Positions 1 to 8,333 of a stretch of DNA of 36,200 nt are shown here, piece by piece. A program made the translations under genes and the position numbers. The DNA is taken from positions 1-36,200 of the forward strand of contig DASSAV010000079.1 of the NCBI GenBank assembly GCA_035699265.1. Direction: 5' to 3'. Origin of the DNA: Rhodothermales bacterium (GTDB lineage Bacteria > Bacteroidota > Rhodothermia > Rhodothermales > DASSAV01). The notes below the pieces were generated by a model. It worked only from the letters and a program-made list of their open reading frames with translations. It was not told where the DNA came from and did not search any database. Each line of letters starts with the position of its first letter. The first letter of the stretch is position 1.

Positions 1-241
1 GCGGCTGCTGAAGGAGCCCTAATGTCGGTATCAGCAGGCGCCGCTACAAGCGGAGCGCTCTGCACGCCTCCGACGTCCCCGATTTGCTACGGGTTGGGAA
101 AAGTGGAAGGCGTGAGCCCGGATCTGGTTGTGATTGGGAGCTCCGTCCGCTATCATCGCAGTACCCGTTCGGCTGTGTACCGGACACTTTTACTCCATCC
201 GCACGCAATCCGCGAGGGAGACATGCCCCTTGCGCTTCGAT

Positions 242-1051
242 ATGAGCCAAGAAAACGACGCCTGGACGACGACGCACGACCTTGCCCTGATCTACGTCGC
301 CCTGGCCTACGGCACTGACTACGAACTGAGCGACGAGGAGCTGAATACCATCACGTCGGTCCTGCAAGGCTGGTGCGACGAGTGTGATCGCGAGGGCGTC
401 CAGGAAGTGGTCGTGGAGGCGATGGCCGTATTCACGGAAGATGAGCCAGAGCGCGAAGTCGTCAACTCGATGCAATCGTTGCGGCAGTCCCTCTCGCGCG
501 ACGAGCGGTGCCGCGCCCTGGAAGAGATCGTTCGCATCGCAAGAGCGGACGGCGTCTTGCTGCGGAGCGAAAAGAGTCTGATAGCGACCCTTGCCGCCGT
601 CTGGGAAATCAGGGGTGCCGGTCAGAAGAAGGTCGGAGACACGTCCACCGGCGAGGACGATCAGATCGCCTGGACGATCCTGCACGACATGGGCCTCCTG
701 TACGTGGTCGTTGCCCACAGCACCGACAACGACCTTTCGGAAGGGGAGATCACGGCCATGATCGAACGCATGCTGCAATGGCAGCCGGGCTACACAGACG
801 AGGATGTACGCAAGCTCCTGCGCGAGGTGCTCCAGTACTACTCGAGTGGTCCGAAGGAGAGTGAACTGAAACGGGCCGTTCACAACGTCTCCGAATCTCT
901 GCCCATGCTACAGCGGCTCGCACTCCTCGACGACCTCGTCTACATAGCAGAGGCGGACGGCGACTTCACCGCGAACGAGCGCGACATGATCCTCACGTTG
1001 GCTGAAGCCTGGAACCTGAACGTGCGGCTCAACGGTACGGCACAGGCTTGA
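242..1051 (+). CDS. Protein with two tandem TerB-like (tellurite-resistance TerB / DjlA N-terminal superfamily) domains
   Basis: Frame of ORF 134..1051, whose track start at 134 is a TTG. The first ATG is at 242 (MSQENDAW). There are two homologous halves. One reads WTTTHDLALIYVALAYGTDYELSDEELNTITSVLQGW ... IVRIARADGVLLRSEKSLIATLAAVW. The other reads WTILHDMGLLYVVVAHSTDNDLSEGEITAMIERMLQW ... LVYIAEADGDFTANERDMILTLAEAW. Both fit the paired-helix A-x-ADG ... E-K/R pattern of TerB domains. An in-frame TTG at 230 is an alternative start. Confidence 0.6.
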   Translation: MSQENDAWTTTHDLALIYVALAYGTDYELSDEELNTITSVLQGWCDECDREGVQEVVVEAMAVFTEDEPEREVVNSMQSLRQSLSRDERCRALEEIVRIARADGVLLRSEKSLIATLAAVWEIRGAGQKKVGDTSTGEDDQIAWTILHDMGLLYVVVAHSTDNDLSEGEITAMIERMLQWQPGYTDEDVRKLLREVLQYYSSGPKESELKRAVHNVSESLPMLQRLALLDDLVYIAEADGDFTANERDMILTLAEAWNLNVRLNGTAQA

Positions 1052-1105
1052 CCAAACGTCCATAGCCGTGCCCGAGCGACCATCGGGCATCTCGCCTGTT
1101 GCGGC

Positions 1106-1627
1106 CTAATCTTCCAGGGAGCCCTTTTTCCGAGTGTCCGTGTGCTGGGGGCGTTCCGCCGGCGTTCCGTCCCACTCCGACTCCGGTGGCGCTTGCTCAG
1201 TGTTGCCCCACGTTGCCCCGGGCCCGAACATGGCGAAGCGAATCCACGGGTCACCCGACCGCGCGGCGCCCTCGAGCCGTCGAGCCAGTTGGCGTCGAAA
1301 CAGGGCGCGGGTCGGGGGGAACAGGCCGAGGAGCCCAAAGAAATCGGTGATTACACCGGGCGTTAACAGGAGCACGCCAGCGATCAGGACGATGATGCCG
1401 TCCATCATCTCGCGTCCCGGAACAGCGCCTTGGCGGAGCTTCTCATTGAAACGGCGCCAGACTCGCAGGCCCTCGCGCCGGACGAGATAGCTGCCCAGAA
1501 GGCCCGATATGATGATGATAGCGACCGTGGGCCAGAAACCGATCACCCTGCCGATCTGAACCAGCAGCACCAGTTCAATCGCGGGAATCAGCAGAAATAG
1601 GGCCAGTAGCCGTCCGAAGAGCCGCAT
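1106..1627 (-). CDS. fxsA: FxsA family inner-membrane protein
   Basis: MRLFGRLLALFLLIPAIELVLLVQIGRVIGFWPTV ... LLLTPGVITDFFGLLGLFPPTR is the FxsA family signature. The ATG at 1627 is preceded by GGAGGAGAGG on the minus strand. The ORF-track start at 1645 is a TTG six codons upstream. Confidence 0.78.
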   Translation of the reverse strand: MRLFGRLLALFLLIPAIELVLLVQIGRVIGFWPTVAIIIISGLLGSYLVRREGLRVWRRFNEKLRQGAVPGREMMDGIIVLIAGVLLLTPGVITDFFGLLGLFPPTRALFRRQLARRLEGAARSGDPWIRFAMFGPGATWGNTEQAPPESEWDGTPAERPQHTDTRKKGSLED

Positions 1628-1665
1628 CCTCTCCTCCAGTCTCAAATGCTTGTTTTGCAGCCGGG

Positions 1666-2301
1666 TCAGCAGAAATCCTGGGTCACGTAGACGTTGTAGT
1701 CGGTCGAAATCCCGATGCCGATACCCTCGCTGTCATATTTCGGGTCGAGGAGGTTGGCGCGGTGGCCCGGGCTGTTCATCCACGCCTGCACCGTCTCCAG
1801 GGCAAGCTCATCCAGTGTTTTCCAGTCGTATACCCGGCTGCTCGTTCCGGTGCCCGTGACCGTCGTATGCCACCTGGAATACAGGCCTGTCATGTACAGG
1901 TTCTCGCCAATGCCGGTGTAGGTCGAACTCCCAACCTGCTTCTTGCACGCAAAGCCGCTTTTCGTGGCGCGAGCGGTCGGGTCGAGCCCGCGCGTGTCGA
2001 CGTGGCTGAAAAAACCATGCCTGGCCATATCGACACTGTGGCCGCGGCCAATCTCTGCCAGCTTCGCGTTCCAGGTAAGCGCGGGCAGGCCGTGCTGCCT
2101 CCTCACGCGGTTTACCTCGGCGTGAATGGCCGCCGGTAACTGGTCCGCCTCGGACTGCGACAGACCAGACGGAGCGCCCGGTCGCTGGGCTTCAGTCGTG
2201 GAACGTGAACCTGTTGAGGGTAGGGGAGAGCAGGCACTTAAGACGAGACCCGAAAACAAGACCGCGAGAGCGATTCCGGAAAGAGTCCACCGGCTGGTCA
2301 T
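1666..2301 (-). CDS. CAP/SCP (YkwD-like) domain lipoprotein
   Basis: N-terminal signal with lipobox (LVLSAC). CAP-domain motifs: VNRVRRQHGLPALTWNAKLAEIGRGHSVDMARHGFFSHVD, GENLY, WMNSPGHRANLLDPKYDSEGIGI, YVTQDF. The start ATG (2301..2299) overlaps the moxR stop (2300..2298) as ATGA. Confidence 0.78.
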   Translation of the reverse strand: MTSRWTLSGIALAVLFSGLVLSACSPLPSTGSRSTTEAQRPGAPSGLSQSEADQLPAAIHAEVNRVRRQHGLPALTWNAKLAEIGRGHSVDMARHGFFSHVDTRGLDPTARATKSGFACKKQVGSSTYTGIGENLYMTGLYSRWHTTVTGTGTSSRVYDWKTLDELALETVQAWMNSPGHRANLLDPKYDSEGIGIGISTDYNVYVTQDFC

Positions 2302-3344
2302 GCCGTCATCTTACGTGCGGGGGCGCCCACGTCGCCGAGCAGGTGGTTTACCACGTCGACGGGTGTGACGCCATCGGCGTCTGCATTGAAGTTGGTGACA
2401 ATGCGGTGCCGCAGGACGGGGACGGCCATGCGGCGTACGTCCTGGACCAGCGGCGTAAGCCGCCCATCGAGGGCTGCCAGCGCCTTGGCGCCCAGGATGA
2501 GATACTGCGAAGCGCGGGGCCCGGCGCCATAACTCAGGTAGTTGTTGATGTAGTCCGGTGCGCCGTCTCGGCTGGGTCTTGTCTTGCTGACGAGCGTAAC
2601 CGCGTACTCGATCACGTTATCCGCCACCGGCAGGTGCCGCACGAAGTTCTGAAAGCTTAGCAATTCCGCAGCAGTCATGGCTTGCTGGACTTCGGAGATC
2701 CTCGCGCTCGTCGTATTTCGCACGACGGTGACTTCCTGGTCGAACGTCGGATAGTCCAGCCAGAGGTTGAGCATGAAGCGGTCGAGCTGCGCTTCGGGCA
2801 GGGGGTAGGTTCCTTCCTGCTCGATCGGGTTTTGTGTGGCCAGAACGAAGAAGGGTTGCTCCAGTACGTACGTTTCGCCGGCAGCGGTCACGTGGTGCTC
2901 CTGCATGGCTTCCAGAAGCGCAGCCTGCGTTTTAGGAGGTGTCCGGTTGATTTCGTCGGCGAGAATGATGTTGGCGAAGATCGGCCCGCGCACAAATCGA
3001 AACGACCGGCGGCCGGTCTGCAGGTCCTCCTCAATGATCTCGGTGCCCGTGATGTCGCTGGGCATGAGGTCGGGCGTGAACTGGATGCGGTTGAACCGAA
3101 GGTCCAGGCACTGCGCGAGCGTGCGGATAAGGAGCGTTTTCGCAAGGCCCGGTACCCCCACGAGCAGTACGTGCCCGCGCGACACCAGGCTCACGAATAC
3201 CAGCGTTACGACCTCTTCCTGCCCGACGATTACCTTGCCGACTTCGGAGCGCAGGCGCTGATAGGCATCGCGAAGGGAGTCTAATGTCTCAGGGTCAGCG
3301 CCATGCACTCCGTGGTGGGCGTCGGGCATGCTGGTAGAGGTCAT
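2298..3344 (-). CDS. moxR: MoxR-family AAA+ ATPase
   Basis: VIVGQEEVVTLVFVSLVSRGHVLLVGVPGLAKT (Walker A), ILADEINR (Walker B), and a typical MoxR C-terminal region (SPRASQYLILGAKALAALDGR). The start was trimmed to the ATG at 3344 (MTSTSMPD), because the track start at 3473 would overlap the upstream surA-like gene by 74 nt. Confidence 0.85.
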   Translation of the reverse strand: MTSTSMPDAHHGVHGADPETLDSLRDAYQRLRSEVGKVIVGQEEVVTLVFVSLVSRGHVLLVGVPGLAKTLLIRTLAQCLDLRFNRIQFTPDLMPSDITGTEIIEEDLQTGRRSFRFVRGPIFANIILADEINRTPPKTQAALLEAMQEHHVTAAGETYVLEQPFFVLATQNPIEQEGTYPLPEAQLDRFMLNLWLDYPTFDQEVTVVRNTTSARISEVQQAMTAAELLSFQNFVRHLPVADNVIEYAVTLVSKTRPSRDGAPDYINNYLSYGAGPRASQYLILGAKALAALDGRLTPLVQDVRRMAVPVLRHRIVTNFNADADGVTPVDVVNHLLGDVGAPARKMTA

Positions 3345-3399
3345 GGGAAGAGATTGTTGCAACCGGTCCGGTCTTTTGAAGATACGCACCCCTGTCCCA

Positions 3400-4770
3400 T
3401 CAACCCATCGATGCAGCGAGATCTTCTGCCTTACCGCGGATGTCGACGTAGACGTCCTTTCGTAGATCGCCAATCCATTTGTTCAGGACGCGCTGCTGCT
3501 TGTCCTGCAACGCGATTTGTTGGATCCGCTCGTAGTCCGTGACGAGGTTTACACGGTGTGAGGGAATGCGCTGCTGAAGGAGCAGGATGTGATACGCCTG
3601 CTTCCCATCCAGCAACTGGACCGGTTCGGGCTGGCTGATCTCACCTTCCTCCAGCTCGTCAATAGTGCGCTTCCATGTCGGCCCGAGCGCTTCCAGCGGG
3701 AGATCCCGACTGAGCGACACAGGATCGACGACCCGGCCGCCTCGAATAGCGCTCATCTGCTCCTCTGAATGCCGCCGCGCTATCAATTCAAACGGCACGT
3801 GCTGCGTCACGATGGAGTCGCGGTAGAGCTCTAAGTCGTGTATCGCCTCCGTGGGGTCGGTATCGCTTTCGTTGAAAGCTATGAGGATGTGATTGAAGTC
3901 GACCACGTCGCCCCTGCGGTCGTTCACGCGCAGGATATGCAGACCGAACGAGGTCTCGAAGGGCTGCGATACTTCCCCCACCGGGATGCGGGCCGCAACG
4001 GCGGCAAATTCAGGCGCGAGATCTGACAGGCGGCTGGACTGGTAGCGCCCGCCATTTGCTGCCGAGCCGGGGTCATCCGAATACCTGCGGGCGTACTCTT
4101 CTATCGTCGCATTTCCGGATACGATGGAATCCCGAATGGCCGTGATGATCTGCATCGCCTCACGGCGGGCCTTCTCGGTGATCTCGGGATAGCGCACGAT
4201 GTGGGCGATTCGGACCAGATCCGGCAGGGTGGGGAGGGAGTCGGACGGTAGTCGTTCGAACCACTGCCGCACTTCCGAAGGCGTAACCTTGATGTCCCGA
4301 AGCTTGTTCGACTGGAATTGCTCGGCGAGAATACGATCCCGGAAGTCAGGACGGAGTTCATCCTTGATCTGAGCAACGCTCTTCCCGTAGATCTCTTCGA
4401 GTTTTGGTTCGCCTCCAACCTGAGCGGACAACTGGTCGATTCGCTGTTGAAGCGCTTGCTCGACCTGGTCGTCAGTTACGATGAGGGTCGTGTCGCGTCC
4501 GGCCTCAACAGCGAGCACCTTCTGGTTGACCAGTTGGTTGAGCGCCTCCATCCACAACTGCTTCGTGTAGGGCATCTTCTGCTGCTGCATGATGCCCAGC
4601 ACAAACCCGTCCACTTCCGAGCGCAGGATGATCTTGTCGCCGACCACGGCGACGATTTCGTCTACCACACTGTTGCTGGACTGCGCGAGCGTCGCATGCG
4701 GCACGGCCAGGGATCCGAGAATGCCGAGGAGGATGGCAATGAGAGCCGTGTGGAGCTTGTAGGGCCGCAT
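3400..4770 (-). CDS. surA: SurA-like periplasmic chaperone / peptidyl-prolyl isomerase (SurA N-domain plus two parvulin domains)
   Basis: Signal peptide MRPYKLHTALIAILLGILGSLAVPHATLAQ. SurA_N-like region (DEIVAVVGDKIILRSEVD). Two parvulin modules (RIAHIV ... FGLHILRV and FNHILIAF ... AYHILLLQ). Confidence 0.75.
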   Translation of the reverse strand: MRPYKLHTALIAILLGILGSLAVPHATLAQSSNSVVDEIVAVVGDKIILRSEVDGFVLGIMQQQKMPYTKQLWMEALNQLVNQKVLAVEAGRDTTLIVTDDQVEQALQQRIDQLSAQVGGEPKLEEIYGKSVAQIKDELRPDFRDRILAEQFQSNKLRDIKVTPSEVRQWFERLPSDSLPTLPDLVRIAHIVRYPEITEKARREAMQIITAIRDSIVSGNATIEEYARRYSDDPGSAANGGRYQSSRLSDLAPEFAAVAARIPVGEVSQPFETSFGLHILRVNDRRGDVVDFNHILIAFNESDTDPTEAIHDLELYRDSIVTQHVPFELIARRHSEEQMSAIRGGRVVDPVSLSRDLPLEALGPTWKRTIDELEEGEISQPEPVQLLDGKQAYHILLLQQRIPSHRVNLVTDYERIQQIALQDKQQRVLNKWIGDLRKDVYVDIRGKAEDLAASMG

Positions 4771-4867
4771 ATATAGGGAAATCAGTGTGTGGCGTGTCGA
4801 AAGAACAGTAGGCCAGTTGAAGCGGAGGCTTTGTACGAGACTGGCACGGGATGGGAAACGAGGGGAG

Positions 4868-5743
4868 CTATTCCGGTAAGTCTAGTTCTTCCCGTGCAAG
4901 CGCTTCATTTCGAAGACGTTGAACCTCACGGGCATACATCTGTTTCCGGTCGTGAATGGCGACACGCTGGGCCAACTCATCCTGGATCCATGCGATCTGA
5001 GGAATACTTCCTGCGGGGACGCGCTCTACGACCTGCACGACGTCGAACCGAGCACTGTCCCGCTTGATGACATCGCTTACCTGACCGTCTCTGAGGGCCG
5101 TTACGGCGTCGTGCACTTCAGGGGCGTCCGTGAACAAACGCGATTCCGGGTAGAAGTTTCGCGACAGGTCCAGCGAACCATCCACATCTGTGGCAAATCG
5201 TCGAGCGATGACCTGCCATGCCGAATCCGCCGATGCTTTTGGCATATCCAGTAACGCGCGGCGGGCGGCCTGGGCGGAGTCGGCGTTTCCGTTTGATAAG
5301 TACCGCACTCGGACGAACGGTTCGCGAAGGCGCAACTGCTCCTTGTACTGTCCGAAGTATGCCGCCACCTCGGAAGGACTGGGGCTGCTCGGCTCCTCCT
5401 TGTACATCCTCGACAGCAACGCATTTACCATCACGGAGCGGTCGTTTTCCGCAAGCATACGTTGCACGTCCGCATCGTCCTGTAGTCCCCGCCGCCTCGC
5501 CTCCCTGTAGAGTAGTGCATTTGCGACCCATTGCTCGACGAATTGGTGCTGTGCTTCCGTCGTGTCCGTTCCGGGCGGGAGCGCGGCAAGCACCGCGTTC
5601 ATGTCCTCACGTGTAAGGTATTCGTCGCCGACGCGAGCAACGTAGTCCGGCACCTCTCGCTCGTGCTTGCAGCCGCCGGTGATTACGACGGTGAGCAGGA
5701 GAGTGAGCAGGAACACGCGGCCTGGGAATCGGCTCAGAACCAT
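4868..5743 (-). CDS. SurA-N / degenerate-parvulin domain lipoprotein (PPIase-like chaperone)
   Basis: Lipobox signal (LLTVVITGGC). SurA_N-like helices (VARVGDEYLTREDMN ... FVEQWVANALLYREARRRG). C-terminal parvulin-like segment lacking the clear catalytic pattern. Confidence 0.6.
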   Translation of the reverse strand: MVLSRFPGRVFLLTLLLTVVITGGCKHEREVPDYVARVGDEYLTREDMNAVLAALPPGTDTTEAQHQFVEQWVANALLYREARRRGLQDDADVQRMLAENDRSVMVNALLSRMYKEEPSSPSPSEVAAYFGQYKEQLRLREPFVRVRYLSNGNADSAQAARRALLDMPKASADSAWQVIARRFATDVDGSLDLSRNFYPESRLFTDAPEVHDAVTALRDGQVSDVIKRDSARFDVVQVVERVPAGSIPQIAWIQDELAQRVAIHDRKQMYAREVQRLRNEALAREELDLPE

Positions 5744-5825
5744 TACGACTGGATCTTGAAAGGGAGGGGCTGCACGGGTATGGGCGAACGCAGTCCGCTG
5801 ACAGATAACGCGGAGATGACTGCGA

Positions 5826-7907
5826 TTATTTCGCCGCCGAGGCTGTCTGCGTCAATTGGCCTCCGGAGAAAGCGGCGGTAAGGTGCTGTGGGTACACCCG
5901 AACCGAGTGCTTGCGCCGAAGGCGTTGCACGAGACTGCTATCAAGCACCTGTTGATAATCGACCACAACTTGGCCGCGAGCCTCCTCGAAGGTCATCGGG
6001 CGCGCACGATCCATGCCTGCGTTCAGAATCATCTGGTACTGATTGTTTGACGCAAGCACGGAGGTGTGGCTTCCTTGGGGAATCAATAGCGCTTTGTCGA
6101 GTATCGAATGGGTTACACCGGCTGCATAGGTGGTGTCAATGAGAAGATCATTGGTGCTGTCAGCAATGGAAGCCTGAATTTCCGTTCCCGTGTATCCGCC
6201 GTCCAGCAGTTGCCCCGCCTTCTCCAGGAGGTCCTGTTTGGTGCTGTTGAAGGTGACGAGTTTGGTGCGGTCGGGATAGTGGTACTTGTCCTTGTGGGCA
6301 AGAAAATAGGCACGCCGGCCCAGAGAGTCCGCGTTGGCTGCTGACCAGACCGAATCCTCCATGATCTTGAAAAGGAGGAGGCCGTCCCGAAAGTCGTCCA
6401 TGGTCTTGTGAAACTCGGGGGACCTCTCTTCCAGCGTTGCGCTGGCATAGTTCACTGTGGCGTCAACAACGAAGCGATTCAAGAGGTCCAGTGCCTCATC
6501 ACGGGTGGACTTGCCCTTCTGCACCCCTCTGATCTTCGCAAAGGATGCAAGATCACGAAGCGTGAAGGTGGAATCCCCCAGATGTACGATCGCCTTCTGC
6601 AAATCCGCGGCCGGAAGCCGCTGGCCTCTCAGCACGTTCGGGAGCGAATCAGGTGCAATGTTGGAGAGGGCCGTGAGGACCGATGCGGTATCGACAGCGA
6701 GATGATACTGGGCCTGAATCTTGTCCAGGAAGGCTGCCTGGGCATTCCTCGTGCGCGGCATCCGTTGGGCCTTCTGGCGTAGTTGGGCCTTCATCGCCTC
6801 ATAGTTATGCAGATCCCTTCTGGCTTTAAGCTGGATGAGGTGCATGCCGTAAGGAGTAACGACCACGTCGGATACGTCGCCTGCCTGCTTGAGGGCGAAG
6901 GCGGCCTCCAGGAAAGCTTTTGGAGCTCCGCGCGGCTGGTAATAGTTGATCCAGAAGCCCATGTCGTCATCAGCGCTTCCGCCGCTAACCTGATGCTCGG
7001 AATATTTCCGCGCCAGGTCGTCGAAGCGCTCACCGGCTTCAATCCTCGCCCTGAGCGAATCGAGCAAATTTCGGACGCGTGCGCTGTCGGCCGGGGTCCT
7101 GCCCGGCGGCACGATGTTGATCTGCGCCACCCGCACGTCCGGTATCGCAGGCTCTTTACCCTCGACACGCAGAATGTGGTACCCGAACTGGCTCCGGAAA
7201 ATGGGGGAGATCTGTCCCACCGGGGTCGCGTACGCCATGCTTTCGTACTCTTCCACGAGCATGCCCGGCGGTACCGGTCCGAGTTTGCCGTGAGAACCGG
7301 GGCCTTGCGGTGTGTGGGCAGAGGGATCGTCCGAATACTTGAAGGCGAGATCGCCGAAGTCGCCCCCGTTCTTCAGGGAATCCAGCAGGGCGAGCGCCTT
7401 GTTGTAGGCTGCAAGCGTGTCCTGCGGAGATGCATCCGGGGCAACTTTCACGAGGATGTGGCTCGTCGACACGACCGTCTGCATTCTGTCGAAGAGATCG
7501 CGCATGATGGGGTCGAGGATCTCCTTGTCCAGCATGTAGGGCCGCGCCATCCGCTCCCGATACGAGGCCAGCTCTGCCTGGATGCTGGAATCCTGCATCA
7601 TGCCTGCCGCCCGGGCTTCGGCGACTTTCACCTTGAAGTTTACGTAGCGGTCCAGAAAGTCCTGATACGCCTCCAACGAGTCACTCGCAGCCGATTCGCG
7701 CCCACCGGCCGACTTCACGTATTCCCGCTCAAACTCTTCCAGTGTAATGGGCTGGCCGTCGATGACGGCAACGACGGCAGGATTACTGGCCTGTACATCT
7801 GGCTGCTTGATATGCTGCGGGTCCGATACCTGTCTGGAATTACCGCATCCGACCAGAAGAGCGGCTACGAGCGCGAGCGCGGCTGCGGTACTGAAATGTC
7901 TGGACAT
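5826..7907 (-). CDS. Large PpiD/SurA-like peptidyl-prolyl isomerase lipoprotein with two parvulin domains
   Basis: Lipobox signal (ALLVGCGN). Two parvulin domains (TSHILVKV ... FGYHILRVEG and VAQINIV ... YGMHLIQLK). Long chaperone-like C-terminal region. Confidence 0.75.
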   Translation of the reverse strand: MSRHFSTAAALALVAALLVGCGNSRQVSDPQHIKQPDVQASNPAVVAVIDGQPITLEEFEREYVKSAGGRESAASDSLEAYQDFLDRYVNFKVKVAEARAAGMMQDSSIQAELASYRERMARPYMLDKEILDPIMRDLFDRMQTVVSTSHILVKVAPDASPQDTLAAYNKALALLDSLKNGGDFGDLAFKYSDDPSAHTPQGPGSHGKLGPVPPGMLVEEYESMAYATPVGQISPIFRSQFGYHILRVEGKEPAIPDVRVAQINIVPPGRTPADSARVRNLLDSLRARIEAGERFDDLARKYSEHQVSGGSADDDMGFWINYYQPRGAPKAFLEAAFALKQAGDVSDVVVTPYGMHLIQLKARRDLHNYEAMKAQLRQKAQRMPRTRNAQAAFLDKIQAQYHLAVDTASVLTALSNIAPDSLPNVLRGQRLPAADLQKAIVHLGDSTFTLRDLASFAKIRGVQKGKSTRDEALDLLNRFVVDATVNYASATLEERSPEFHKTMDDFRDGLLLFKIMEDSVWSAANADSLGRRAYFLAHKDKYHYPDRTKLVTFNSTKQDLLEKAGQLLDGGYTGTEIQASIADSTNDLLIDTTYAAGVTHSILDKALLIPQGSHTSVLASNNQYQMILNAGMDRARPMTFEEARGQVVVDYQQVLDSSLVQRLRRKHSVRVYPQHLTAAFSGGQLTQTASAAK

Positions 7908-8333
7908 CTGACCGTGTGATTAAGGAGGAAGGGAGAGATTGACTGCGTGGCTCGCAAGAATTGCATGCACGCGCGGAGGTGTTTCGGCATGGCCGCGGCC
8001 GATGGGTAAGCCTCGGGCCGGGGCCGCTGCCGATTCACGCCCGCAACCGAGTCGAGTTCCATAGTTTTTTACAATGTAGCCTTTTTGGATCTGGATCGCA
8101 TTTGAACTCGGTATAAAAGCTTATGCATGGCATCCATCCTTCTGCCCGTGCACGTCAGCATCGACCAATGGCGCATACTCGCCTCGCTCTTTTCATGGAA
8201 AGGGTGCATCGGGTTCGCCTGTACCGATCTATCTTTCCCGGACGAGAAACGCCTGATTGTTGGAGCGATAACACCGTCTTCAGCTCGAACCTGCAACTGT
8301 CTTGGTATACCCGACATTATCTTTCTTGGAACG

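Noticed and set aside
44-883. 279-aa minus-strand ORF overlapping the TerB-like gene
   Set aside because: It is antisense to a gene with clear domain repeats. Its sequence is Arg/Gly/Leu/Val/Ala-rich with no recognisable motif, typical of a high-GC shadow ORF.
1069-1089. Hairpin TGCCCGA-GCGACCA-TCGGGCA between the convergent TerB-like and fxsA genes
   Set aside because: The stem is only 7 bp and there is no T or A tract on either side. This is insufficient to call a bidirectional terminator.
6783-7919. 378-aa plus-strand ORF
   Set aside because: It lies entirely antisense to the double-parvulin lipoprotein gene. No motifs were found, so it is a shadow ORF.
7939-8064. Very strong SD-like TTAAGGAGGAAGGGAGAG followed by a TTG-initiated 41-codon ORF on the plus strand
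   Set aside because: The peptide (LTAWLARIACTRGGVSAWPRPMGKPRAGAAADSRPQPSRVP) has random high-GC composition. It starts with TTG, with a 10-nt spacing from the SD-like element. The purine run is the complement of the region just upstream of the minus-strand PPIase gene start. There is no supporting evidence.
8127-8333. 5' extensions of track ORFs: gltX from 8127, rbfA from 28920, truB from 29206, ribF from 30107, pnp from 31639, metallophosphoesterase from 14907, hydrolase from 19226, membrane protein from 20737, moxR to 3473
   Set aside because: The extensions lack homology to the respective families. They overlap upstream genes or terminator hairpins, or start at non-ATG codons. Internal ATGs with better context were used instead.
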